In this document: piece by piece, positions 17,812 through 25,526 of the stretch
Position numbering within the stretch: the first letter of the stretch is position 1
Layout of the letters: each line of letters starts with the position of its first letter
From: a virus
Lineage: Duplodnaviria > Caudoviricetes
IMG/VR virus record: IMGVR_UViG_3300047384_000133
Location: 1 to 27,633 of that record
Reading direction: 5' to 3' (one strand)
DNA: 27,633 nt
The notes under the pieces: model-generated
What the model was told of the DNA's origin: nothing
Seen by the model: the letters and a program-made list of their open reading frames with translations, nothing else
Databases searched by the model: none
Program-made: the position numbers and the translations under genes

Positions 17812-18263
17812 TTGGTTTTCCTCTTTTCAACAAAGCTGACGTATGGACGATCTGATATTTCAGTAGTCAAACCTTCAGCTAATTTATAGTAATGGGATGG
17901 ATGTTGTTCAGCTAGAGTAGAAGTTTTTCTTTTGTCTTCTTTATACTCTATTTGAAATGGCCAAAGATTAGCTGGCACCTTGCCTTCGGCATGTATCTTT
18001 GCAACATAGTCTTGATCCCAAGATTTCTTCAAACGGTACTCAACTTTAATATCAGAATCTAAATCATCAAGGGTTACTCGATGAGATCCCCCGGTATTAC
18101 TAAGCTGAATTACTTGATCGTTTACTCTTGGGTGTCTTGCTATTGCAATGTCTAACTCTTTAGATTCCTCACGGAGTTTCTTTTGCCATAGCAAATTCTT
18201 TTTCTTTCTTTCGATAAGTTCTTGGAGTTCGTCGAACTCGGTTTTCTCTTTTATATCGTTCAT
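17808..18263 (-). CDS. Hypothetical protein, first gene of the recombination operon
   Basis: 151 aa with N-terminal coiled coil; ATGA coupling to the next gene. Confidence 0.7.
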   Translation of the reverse strand: MNDIKEKTEFDELQELIERKKKNLLWQKKLREESKELDIAIARHPRVNDQVIQLSNTGGSHRVTLDDLDSDIKVEYRLKKSWDQDYVAKIHAEGKVPANLWPFQIEYKEDKRKTSTLAEQHPSHYYKLAEGLTTEISDRPYVSFVEKRKTK

Positions 18264-18293
18264 AAAATCTCTCTTTAAATTTGTTCATTGCCA

Positions 18294-18322
18294 ATTAAAT
18301 AGATAAAGATTCAGAATGTCAA
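18294..18322 (-). promoter_or_regulatory. Sigma70-like leftward promoter
   Basis: TTGACA-N17-TTTAAT on the minus strand, upstream of 18263. Confidence 0.55.
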
Positions 18323-18363
18323 ACACTTTTTTAAATTAATTTATACAAATATGTAAAAAAAAA

Positions 18364-18392
18364 TATACATTATGAAAATGCTTCTCTATAAT
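18364..18392 (+). promoter_or_regulatory. Sigma70-like rightward promoter (leaderless cro-like transcript)
   Basis: TATACA-N17-TATAAT; ATG 6 nt downstream at 18399. Confidence 0.55.
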
Positions 18393-18398
18393 AACGCC

Positions 18399-18605
18399 AT
18401 GAATAAATTACAAGAATATATAAAAAACAGAGGCAAAGAGAATGTTGCAACGATATGTGATGTATCAGTACATGCAGTCAGCTCTTGGTATTATGGAACA
18501 AGACAACCTACAGTCAAACAAGCTAAAAAGATTATGTTGGTTACTAATAAAGCTCTTAACTGGGAAGACATCTATGGACCTATTGAGGAAGAGGCTGAAG
18601 CATAA
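18399..18605 (+). CDS. Cro-like HTH regulator
   Basis: VATICDVSVHAVSSWYYGTRQP; 68 aa from MNKLQEY (the track's upstream 9 codons overlap the -10); precedes the primase. Confidence 0.78.
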   Translation: MNKLQEYIKNRGKENVATICDVSVHAVSSWYYGTRQPTVKQAKKIMLVTNKALNWEDIYGPIEEEAEA

Positions 18606-18625
18606 CAAATAATTTTGGGAGAAAT

Positions 18626-20632
18626 ATGTCGCTGATACTAAACGAAAATAAATCTTGGGAAAATATTTCCGAGGAAGCCAGACAAGAGATGATTTGGTCT
18701 TTCTGGGAAGAAGGCTTTCATTTAATACCTTGTGGTTCTCGAAACGAAGCTATCCCAGAATACTTTAGAAAGCGTCATCCGTTTGAAGACGATGACAAGC
18801 TCAGTGCAAAATGGGCAAAGACACCCAGAGTCAGATGGGAAACTTATCAAAGAAGACAACCCACGCAAGAAGAATTAAGAGAGTGGTTGGCTCGATATCC
18901 GGGAGCCAACTGGGCTGCTATCACTGGGATAACTTTTGTTGTCCTAGATTGCGATAGCGAAGAGGCGGTCAAGTTCGTAGAATCTGGTCAAGTAACTAGA
19001 TCGCCTCTTAAACAGAAGACTCCTCGCGGTGGCTATCATTATTTTTATCAAGTCAATGAAGGTCTGAATGTCAGAAACATGACTGGTAAATTAGATGTCA
19101 GAGGCGAAGGTGGTTACGTTATGGTTTCACCTTCTACTAAATATTTTTTTGAAACAGCAGCTGGCTTGGTCGTGAACGACATCGATGATTTGCCGATGCT
19201 TAATATGGAAGACTTGAACAACATACATGATTACAATCAATCGGATAAGGTTACTTCGATTCTAGATAATAAAAACAAACTCACTGCTGACCCAGTAGAT
19301 GTTGGTCAAAGAAACGATACCTTGGCTAGATTGATTGGTAAATGGATTAAAGAAGGTTGGGGTTATCGTGAAGTCTTGATTAAATGTTTTGATTGGAATC
19401 AAACTTTGCAACAACCTTTACCCTTTCCAGAAGTATTGCAAACATGTATGTCGATTACCCAAGGACATATCAAACGACACCCAGAAGATACGGATGCTGG
19501 TATCTTAGAATGGAAAACTAGTGAATGGGAGATAGATTTAAAAGATGAACTCAAAGAGATTATGGATCAAGAAGATCCTATCATCGACCAAAAGCGTAAA
19601 GATGATTTAACAGACCCACTAGGTTTAAAACCTTACAACGATGAGTTCTGGACTGGCTTGGAGCCTAGTTCTATTGGTCAGTTTTGGGGTGATTGTTTTA
19701 TCTTTGAACAATCTAGATGTTTGTTGATTGGTAAACCCAAGATAGGTAAGTCGCATTGGCTTGGCGGTTTTGCTGCGGCAGCCACAACTGGACAATCATT
19801 TATGGGCAAACCTTTTACGCGTCCTTGTAAAGTTATGTGGTTGCAAGCAGAGATTATCCAAGAGTTCTTAAAAAATAGAATCGATACTTACTACCAACCT
19901 TACATGCATGACCCAGACTTGATGGCGATGGGACATGCTAACTTGATACCGACTGGTAGATTGAGAAAGAATTTAATGAGAGATAAAGATATTGATGGCA
20001 TCGCTAGAAGTATTGAATATCATCAGCCAGATATTGTGATGATTGACCCTATCATTAATTTTTTTGATGGCGAAGAGAACAGCAACCAAGAGATACATAA
20101 TTTATTATCTAGAGTAGATCGTTTGATTGAACTCTTTGGTGTTGCAGTAATCATCGCACATCATACTGGTAAAGAAAGAGCCGACGACGCTTCGTTTATG
20201 TCAGCACGTGGTGGTTCTGCTTTTGCTGGGTGGATGGATTCTGGTATCAAACTCATGGGACAAAAGCCAAATGTAACGATGTTCTATGAAGCAAGAAACG
20301 CAAGGGAGCCAGATACACACTTGGCTAGATTTGATTTTGAAAAAGGAACATGGGACATGGTTGATTTTGACGAGGGTCCAGATGAAGTAGATATTGCTCA
20401 GAAGGTAGCTGATGCAATGGATAGAATTACTTTCTATACAAGACAAGAGTTAGAGATCTTGGCAAGACAAGCGTTGAAAGAAAACAATTTACCTAGTGGC
20501 GAACGAGCTGCAAGATACGCGGTTAGTCATGTGCAAAAGTATTTAGGCGATATAGTTAAGACTCATGCTATCCCTGGAAAACAAACTTGGCATTATCGAT
20601 TTGATAACAAGGGTAGGAAACCTTGGGAATGA
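18626..20632 (+). CDS. Primase-polymerase (Prim-Pol + PriCT) fused to an AAA_25/RepA-like helicase
   Basis: VVLDCD, TPRGGYHYFY, DVRGEGGYV, GQRNDTL; Walker A GKPKIGKS, IVMIDP, HHTGK, RGGSA; GGGAG RBS. Confidence 0.92.
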   Translation: MSLILNENKSWENISEEARQEMIWSFWEEGFHLIPCGSRNEAIPEYFRKRHPFEDDDKLSAKWAKTPRVRWETYQRRQPTQEELREWLARYPGANWAAITGITFVVLDCDSEEAVKFVESGQVTRSPLKQKTPRGGYHYFYQVNEGLNVRNMTGKLDVRGEGGYVMVSPSTKYFFETAAGLVVNDIDDLPMLNMEDLNNIHDYNQSDKVTSILDNKNKLTADPVDVGQRNDTLARLIGKWIKEGWGYREVLIKCFDWNQTLQQPLPFPEVLQTCMSITQGHIKRHPEDTDAGILEWKTSEWEIDLKDELKEIMDQEDPIIDQKRKDDLTDPLGLKPYNDEFWTGLEPSSIGQFWGDCFIFEQSRCLLIGKPKIGKSHWLGGFAAAATTGQSFMGKPFTRPCKVMWLQAEIIQEFLKNRIDTYYQPYMHDPDLMAMGHANLIPTGRLRKNLMRDKDIDGIARSIEYHQPDIVMIDPIINFFDGEENSNQEIHNLLSRVDRLIELFGVAVIIAHHTGKERADDASFMSARGGSAFAGWMDSGIKLMGQKPNVTMFYEARNAREPDTHLARFDFEKGTWDMVDFDEGPDEVDIAQKVADAMDRITFYTRQELEILARQALKENNLPSGERAARYAVSHVQKYLGDIVKTHAIPGKQTWHYRFDNKGRKPWE

Positions 20633-20633
20633 T

Positions 20634-20642
20634 TGGTACAAT
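20634..20642 (+). promoter_or_regulatory. Extended -10 promoter (TGnTACAAT), leaderless MTase transcript
   Basis: TGGTACAAT, then 6 nt, then ATG 20649; no SD. Confidence 0.5.
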
Positions 20643-20648
20643 TTGTAT

Positions 20649-21932
20649 ATGAAAGTTTTAAGTTTATTCGATGGCATGAGTTGTGGTCAGTTGGCACTGA
20701 ATAGACTCGGCATCAAAGTCGATAAGTATTACGCAAGTGAGATAGATAAGTATGCGATACAAGTTACTCAAGCAAACTTCCCAGAAACAATACAAGTTGG
20801 CGATGTCTGTAATTTAAAAGCAGAAGATTATCAAGACATAGATTTAATTTTAGCTGGTAGTCCTTGCCAAGGCTTTAGTTTTGCTGGTAAGCAGTTGGCT
20901 TTTGATGATCCGCGTTCAGCGTTGTTCTTTGAATTTATTAGATTGTTGAAAGAGATCAAGCCAAAGTATTTTTTACTTGAGAACGTCAAGATGAAGAAAG
21001 AATTTCTGGAAGTCATTACCGATCAAGTATCAGCTTGTTATCCAGAGTTTCAAGGTAAAGATTTATTTGGTGGCAAGATTGAACCGATATTAATTAATAG
21101 TGCTTTGGTATCAGCACAATCTAGACAAAGATATTATTGGACAAACATACCTAATGTTGAACAGCCAGACGATCTGGGCATAGTATTGAGAGATGTTTTA
21201 GAAGACGAAAGTCAAGCAGATTTGGTTGGCAATAACGGTAGAGAAGCATTTAAAGAAAATATACAGAAAGGCACTGCTTTATTAGCTAGAGATTGGAAAG
21301 GTTGGAATACTTATGGCATGACTGGAGTACAAACTACACCCAAACAAGTAGGTATAGCATCAGATATTAATGGTCATGACATTTTAAAAAGAGTGTATAG
21401 CCCAGATGGTAAGTCGCCTACTTTGAATACTATGGGTGGCGGTAATCGTGAACCCAAGGTAGTTTCTGGAGGTGCTTTTCGCGGTAGAGCTTACGATGAT
21501 AAAGGCAAACGCATGGATAAAAATGGCAACTCGGTAGCTAACAAAACAAAACAAATGTTAGAAATGAGAAAAGACGATAAAGCAAATGCAATAACTACAG
21601 TAGGCAAAGATAGTATTGTGGTATCAGAAAAAACTAATCAGATAAATCCTAGTAAAAAAGCTAGTGGCAGACAACCTTACATACAAGACAGAGTCTTTCA
21701 CAAAGATGGTAAGTCACATGCTTTGACAGAGTCTTTTGCTGACAGAACAAATGTTGGCGAACACAGTGATTTAACTTGGCGGAAACTGACGCCCTTGGAA
21801 TGCGAAAGATTGCAGACAGTCCCAGACAATTACACTGATCATGTATCAAAGACACAAAGATATAAGATGTTGGGTAATGGTTGGACAGTCAGTGTGATCT
21901 CACATATCTTGAGTAATATGGAGAGTCAATGA
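20649..21932 (+). CDS. DNA (cytosine-5) methyltransferase
   Basis: Motif I SLFDGMSCG, IV GSPCQGFS, VI LENV, VIII QSRQRYYW, IX RKLTPLECERLQ, X LGNGW; start moved to MKVLSLF. Confidence 0.95.
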   Translation: MKVLSLFDGMSCGQLALNRLGIKVDKYYASEIDKYAIQVTQANFPETIQVGDVCNLKAEDYQDIDLILAGSPCQGFSFAGKQLAFDDPRSALFFEFIRLLKEIKPKYFLLENVKMKKEFLEVITDQVSACYPEFQGKDLFGGKIEPILINSALVSAQSRQRYYWTNIPNVEQPDDLGIVLRDVLEDESQADLVGNNGREAFKENIQKGTALLARDWKGWNTYGMTGVQTTPKQVGIASDINGHDILKRVYSPDGKSPTLNTMGGGNREPKVVSGGAFRGRAYDDKGKRMDKNGNSVANKTKQMLEMRKDDKANAITTVGKDSIVVSEKTNQINPSKKASGRQPYIQDRVFHKDGKSHALTESFADRTNVGEHSDLTWRKLTPLECERLQTVPDNYTDHVSKTQRYKMLGNGWTVSVISHILSNMESQ

Positions 21933-22774
21933 GAAACCCATACAAGATAGAAGGCCCCGCATTGATTAGTTTCTCTGGTGGTAGAACGTCTGGCTTCATG
22001 TTGAAGCAGATAGTAGATGCTCACGATGGTGTCCTCCCAGAAGATGTGCACATAACTTTTGCAAACACTGGTAAAGAAATGCCTGAAACTTTGGATTTTG
22101 TCAGAGATTGTGGCGAACATTGGGGCGTCAAGATCAATTGGTTAGAGCTAGAGATAGGTGAAGAACGGCCGATATATCGTACAAAAATAGTGAACTATGA
22201 GTCAGCTTCTAGAAATGGTGAGCCCTTCGCTGCTTTGTTAGATAGAAGGGCGTATCTACCTAACCCAGTAGCTAGATTTTGCACAGCCGAGATGAAGATT
22301 AGAAGAATGAAAGATTTTATGTGGAAGGTTCAAGGCTACAAACACTGGGACAATATCCTTGGTTTGCGACATGACGAGCCGAAGCGTGTAGCCTCATCGC
22401 GTAATGCTTCGACTAAGGAGCGTTGGGATAACTACATGCCTATGTATGAAGCAAAGCATGGGATAGATGAGGTATTAGAATTTTGGCAGAAAGCTAACTT
22501 TGATCTGAGTTTACCGACAATCAATGGTCAAACAGTAGCTGGTAATTGTGACTTGTGTTTCTTGAAGGGACGCAAAACTCTCAATGCCTTGATGAAGGAA
22601 CGACCTGATCTAGCAGATTGGTGGATTGCCCAGGAGAATAGATTCGGTAATGAGTCTGGCGCAACCTTTCGATCTGACAGGCCGCCCTACATTGAGCTCG
22701 TTGAGGAGGCAAAAAATCCTAAGATGTTGGATCTATTTGAGGACGATAGTATGTCGTGTTTTTGTCATGATTAA
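21929..22774 (+). CDS. PAPS-reductase-family (PP-loop, Cys-rich) protein
   Basis: ISFSGGRTS, NTGKE, RFCT..MK, GNCDLCFLK, terminal CFC; ATGA-coupled to the MTase. Confidence 0.85.
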   Translation: MRNPYKIEGPALISFSGGRTSGFMLKQIVDAHDGVLPEDVHITFANTGKEMPETLDFVRDCGEHWGVKINWLELEIGEERPIYRTKIVNYESASRNGEPFAALLDRRAYLPNPVARFCTAEMKIRRMKDFMWKVQGYKHWDNILGLRHDEPKRVASSRNASTKERWDNYMPMYEAKHGIDEVLEFWQKANFDLSLPTINGQTVAGNCDLCFLKGRKTLNALMKERPDLADWWIAQENRFGNESGATFRSDRPPYIELVEEAKNPKMLDLFEDDSMSCFCHD

Positions 22775-22784
22775 GCTAAAAAAC

Positions 22785-22948
22785 GGTTGTGCAACGCTAA
22801 TTGGCGATTTTGCACAGCGTCTGAAAAAAGTCAATAAAATCAATGACTTAACGATTGTGCAGTTGTGCAAGTGCACATGCCTGCACATGCGCACAGCGTA
22901 CGCTGAAACCCTTATGTTTATTGGGTTGTGCAGTTGTGCGGTTGTGCA
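22785..22948. repeat. Iteron-like TGTGC/GCACA array; putative replication origin (or packaging site)
   Basis: Ten cores at 22788, 22812, 22856, 22864, 22873, 22883, 22891, 22927, 22935, 22943 in both orientations; 8-bp tandem units GTTGTGCR. Confidence 0.7.
22838..22850 (+). promoter_or_regulatory. IHF-binding site
   Basis: AATCAATGACTTA matches WATCAANNNNTTR exactly, with an A-rich 5' flank, between iteron clusters. Confidence 0.6.
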
Positions 22949-22966
22949 CTTCTATAAGAAGGGAAA

Positions 22967-23009
22967 GAGTGGGGATAAATCCCACATTCCCACTCCCTTT
23001 TTCTTTCTT
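22967..23009 (+). terminator. Possible intrinsic terminator / alternative hairpin
   Basis: GAGTGGGGA pairs with TTCCCACTC, followed by CCTTTTTCTTTCTT; a second CCCAC copy competes. Confidence 0.4.
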
Positions 23010-23053
23010 AATATAATTAATAAAACAGTGAGGTAAAACATGGGAAGAGTAAA

Positions 23054-23176
23054 ATGAGAGGTACAAAGATAAGGTACAACGGAAGGTTGTCAGAAAAAAC
23101 ATTAGAAGATGTAAGAATCGGTGTGAATAGGAGATTGAATGCAAAGGAAAAGCAAAAGGCCAAAGTTGAACGATGA
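23054..23176 (+). CDS. Small basic protein, 40 aa (not in ORF track)
   Basis: MRGTKIRYNGRLSEKTLEDVRIGVNRRLNAKEKQKAKVER. Confidence 0.45.
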   Translation: MRGTKIRYNGRLSEKTLEDVRIGVNRRLNAKEKQKAKVER

Positions 23177-23345
23177 GATTATTCATACTGAATACACTTA
23201 CGATAGAGTTAATCGAGGAAAAGTAATACAATTATTAGATATGCAGTTTTTGTATCAGATGAAAGATGGTTCAATAAGGCATTGTATGTTTGATGAAGAC
23301 TGGAGATTTGTAACAGATGGCAAAACCAAAAAAGAAATTAACTAA
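23139..23345 (+). CDS. Hypothetical protein
   Basis: 68 aa; AGGAG RBS; overlaps the terS start. Confidence 0.65.
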   Translation: MQRKSKRPKLNDEIIHTEYTYDRVNRGKVIQLLDMQFLYQMKDGSIRHCMFDEDWRFVTDGKTKKEIN

Positions 23346-23823
23346 AATGCAAGAGGTCTTTGTGAACTTGATGGTGTATCAAGATCTCAATCAAAGTGAG
23401 TGTGCTTTTCGTGCTGGATTTAAAAATCCAGAAGTTATTGCCAGTCGTATGATGAACAATGAAGAATATTCGCATGTCCAAGAGAGGATTAGGGATATGA
23501 AAGCTCTGCAAAGGAAGAAGTATGATATTACTTTTGAGAATGTAGCCGGGAAGTTAGCAACAATTAGAGATGCTGCGGCATCAGATGGATCGTATGGACC
23601 TGCAGTAAATGCTGAGATAGCCAGAGCAAAATTAGGCGGACTCATGGTTGATCGCAAGGAAGTGCGGTTTGGTAAGATTGACTCTATGAGTAGAGAAGAA
23701 CTGGAAAATAGATTGAATCAACTCATAGAAGAAAATCAAATCAAATCAATAGATGGAGAAGTTAGAGTAATAGAGGACGAAGATGATAGTACAGAAGATA
23801 AAAGATTATCTGGAAGAAAGTAA
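23317..23823 (+). CDS. terS: Terminase small subunit
   Basis: LTKMQEVF...NQSECAFRAGF...ASRMM N-terminal HTH pattern of Terminase_2-like proteins, followed by oligomerisation-type helices; GGAG RBS. Confidence 0.72.
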   Translation: MAKPKKKLTKMQEVFVNLMVYQDLNQSECAFRAGFKNPEVIASRMMNNEEYSHVQERIRDMKALQRKKYDITFENVAGKLATIRDAAASDGSYGPAVNAEIARAKLGGLMVDRKEVRFGKIDSMSREELENRLNQLIEENQIKSIDGEVRVIEDEDDSTEDKRLSGRK

Positions 23824-23896
23824 TTCTCAAGGAATACTTATTGATCCAGAACAATTATTAGAATTAATTGGTGAATGGGAAACTGAAGAAGATTAG
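23783..23896 (+). CDS. Small acidic protein, 37 aa (not in ORF track)
   Basis: MIVQKIKDYLEESNSQGILIDPEQLLELIGEWETEED; GAGG RBS; stop overlaps the convergent stop. Confidence 0.5.
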   Translation: MIVQKIKDYLEESNSQGILIDPEQLLELIGEWETEED

Positions 23897-24036
23897 TCTC
23901 CTAATTCTCCACCTTCTGCGAGTTGTACTATTCTTTTAGATCTAGCTACTGGATCAGATATTAAAAGCATTGATATCAATTTATCGTTTTCGTAGCCACA
24001 AATTGCGTTGTTTTCTATTTTAAATTTAATCATCAT
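23893..24036 (-). CDS. Hypothetical protein, 47 aa (not in ORF track)
   Basis: MMIKFKIENNAICGYENDKLISMLLISDPVARSKRIVQLAEGGELGD; GAGG RBS. Confidence 0.55.
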   Translation of the reverse strand: MMIKFKIENNAICGYENDKLISMLLISDPVARSKRIVQLAEGGELGD

Positions 24037-24280
24037 TTAAATTATCCTCGTGTGTTGCGATCAATTTATTTAAATACCATCTTGCTTTGCGCAAATCATC
24101 TAGCATTTTTCCTTTGTATTCATGACGCCAGACATATTTCATAACATTACCTTTGAGATAACCTTGAAATTGTCTAGTGGTCATTGAAGCTTGAATGGCC
24201 TCAATACATTCAATATCCCCGGTGTTGTAGTGTGATGGGTTGTTTATTAAATCTATTGCGTTTGTTTTTTTATTCGCCAT
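24026..24280 (-). CDS. DUF3310 protein (T7 gp1.7-related nucleotide kinase-like domain)
   Basis: NNPSHY...IECIEAI...GYLKGNVMKYVWR..YKG...DLRKARWYL. Confidence 0.9.
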   Translation of the reverse strand: MANKKTNAIDLINNPSHYNTGDIECIEAIQASMTTRQFQGYLKGNVMKYVWRHEYKGKMLDDLRKARWYLNKLIATHEDNLNDD

Positions 24281-24458
24281 TGTTTACATTCCTACTTGTT
24301 TTCATATAACAAGCTCGGCAAAATCCTTTTGGATATTCATGTGGCCTAGTCATCTCGCCATTTACCCAAAGACCTTCTTCTTCCGGGACTTGTGCGTTGC
24401 AACTATCACAATAGTATTCAACAGCTTGAACGCCTTTCTTCCAAATAATTACTTCCAT
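24270..24458 (-). CDS. Small zinc-finger protein
   Basis: CDSC...CRAC; GGAG RBS; TAATG coupling. Confidence 0.7.
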   Translation of the reverse strand: MEVIIWKKGVQAVEYYCDSCNAQVPEEEGLWVNGEMTRPHEYPKGFCRACYMKTSRNVNNGE

Positions 24459-24637
24459 TAGTATTTTTCTCCAAAGATTATATTAAATTCTTCATCTGTA
24501 AGATCCAAACGAAGTTTAATAATATCCCAGGCGTTGTCAATTTGTGCGTCCTCTTCGGTATATGGCTTTGCTCGATTGTCAAATAGTTTTTTCTCGATCA
24601 CATTTACAGCTTCAACTGGCGTCATTTTATTTTTCAT
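24458..24637 (-). CDS. Hypothetical protein, 59 aa (not in ORF track)
   Basis: MKNKMTPVEAVNVIEKKLFDNRAKPYTEEDAQIDNAWDIIKLRLDLTDEEFNIIFGEKY; GAGG RBS. Confidence 0.7.
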   Translation of the reverse strand: MKNKMTPVEAVNVIEKKLFDNRAKPYTEEDAQIDNAWDIIKLRLDLTDEEFNIIFGEKY

Positions 24638-24749
24638 GTTCCCTCACAAATTCTAAAAGTTCTTGTAGTTTGTCTAAAAGATAATCTTCATAATCAGACT
24701 CATCTGCGAGTCTTTGCGACAATTCAATAACTAATTCGCTATATTTCAT
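24627..24749 (-). CDS. Small acidic protein, 40 aa (not in ORF track)
   Basis: MKYSELVIELSQRLADESDYEDYLLDKLQELLEFVREHEK; GGAGG RBS. Confidence 0.7.
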   Translation of the reverse strand: MKYSELVIELSQRLADESDYEDYLLDKLQELLEFVREHEK

Positions 24750-24942
24750 GCGTCCTCCTAAATTCTTCTATATCCTCTGGTAGATCAACAGAACAAATTT
24801 CTCCACCAAGCCAATCTGTTGATTCCCAATCTTCATCAAAACAAGACTTACCAGCAATCTCCTCTGCTTTTTCATAGGTATCAGCTTCTACTTCTATTTG
24901 TAAACATTCAGTAGCTATCATTTCAAATTTATATTTCTTCAT
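24739..24942 (-). CDS. Small acidic protein (DpnD/PcfM-like VEA motif)
   Basis: KYKFEM...IEVEADTYEKAEEIA; GAGGAGG RBS. Confidence 0.6.
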   Translation of the reverse strand: MKKYKFEMIATECLQIEVEADTYEKAEEIAGKSCFDEDWESTDWLGGEICSVDLPEDIEEFRRTHEI

Positions 24943-25310
24943 GCTTCCTCCTCTTGTAAAAAAATATCTTGGTTATCTGATTGAATGCTTTGGTATTTAT
25001 CTGGATTTTCTTGCATATCCTCTTGAGTCCATTTTTCTGCTAAATCCCACGCTAGATTCTCTTGATCTAAAAAGCTAACAAATTTTTCAACTGTTATCTC
25101 ATCAATAATAGTTCTCTCGCTACTATCAATAACATCATTTATTATTTGTTCGTCTTCAACTATCGACCATTGCGAATTGTCAGCAGTTTCATTTTTAAAT
25201 AATGGTGCTGTCCACAATTGATAAAAATAGCCATCAATAGTTTCCATAATATAAGCATTGCCTTCATACTTAGGAACAGTATAAATTTCTAATTGGTTAT
25301 CGTTTTTCAT
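24939..25310 (-). CDS. Acidic hypothetical protein
   Basis: 123 aa; GGAG RBS; coupled starts and stops. Confidence 0.7.
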   Translation of the reverse strand: MKNDNQLEIYTVPKYEGNAYIMETIDGYFYQLWTAPLFKNETADNSQWSIVEDEQIINDVIDSSERTIIDEITVEKFVSFLDQENLAWDLAEKWTQEDMQENPDKYQSIQSDNQDIFLQEEEA

Positions 25311-25525
25311 TATTTATTCTCCATTATTTTATAGCCATCTTCTTTTTGAAATTCATAAGTAGTACTGCCTTCAACCAAGCCATCACATTCTTGACAGATT
25401 TGTTCCATATCAATACCACTTTCCCTTTGCACAAACTCCCAACCTTCCTTGCAGTTAGTACAACTTCCAAGCACTTCAAAGACTTGATCTTCTAATTTAA
25501 CTTTCATACCTTTTTTATATTTCAT
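25310..25525 (-). CDS. Small zinc-binding protein
   Basis: CTNC...CQEC; AGGTG RBS. Confidence 0.65.
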   Translation of the reverse strand: MKYKKGMKVKLEDQVFEVLGSCTNCKEGWEFVQRESGIDMEQICQECDGLVEGSTTYEFQKEDGYKIMENK

Positions 25526-25526
25526 T

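Noticed and set aside
20565-20648. 28-aa N-terminal extension of the MTase overlapping the primase
   Set aside because: Motif I begins at MKVLSLF (20649), and an extended -10 lies within the extension
21929-22774. cysH as a sulfate-assimilation auxiliary gene
   Set aside because: Lacks the terminal ECGLH motif and pathway neighbours; no symbol assigned
22785-22948. Repeat array as a CRISPR
   Set aside because: Units are 5-8 bp in both orientations with no regular spacers
22626-23231. ORFs 22626-23036 (+) and 22848-23231 (-)
   Set aside because: They run through the repeat array and hairpins; their Cys/Val/Ala content comes from the TGTGCA repeats
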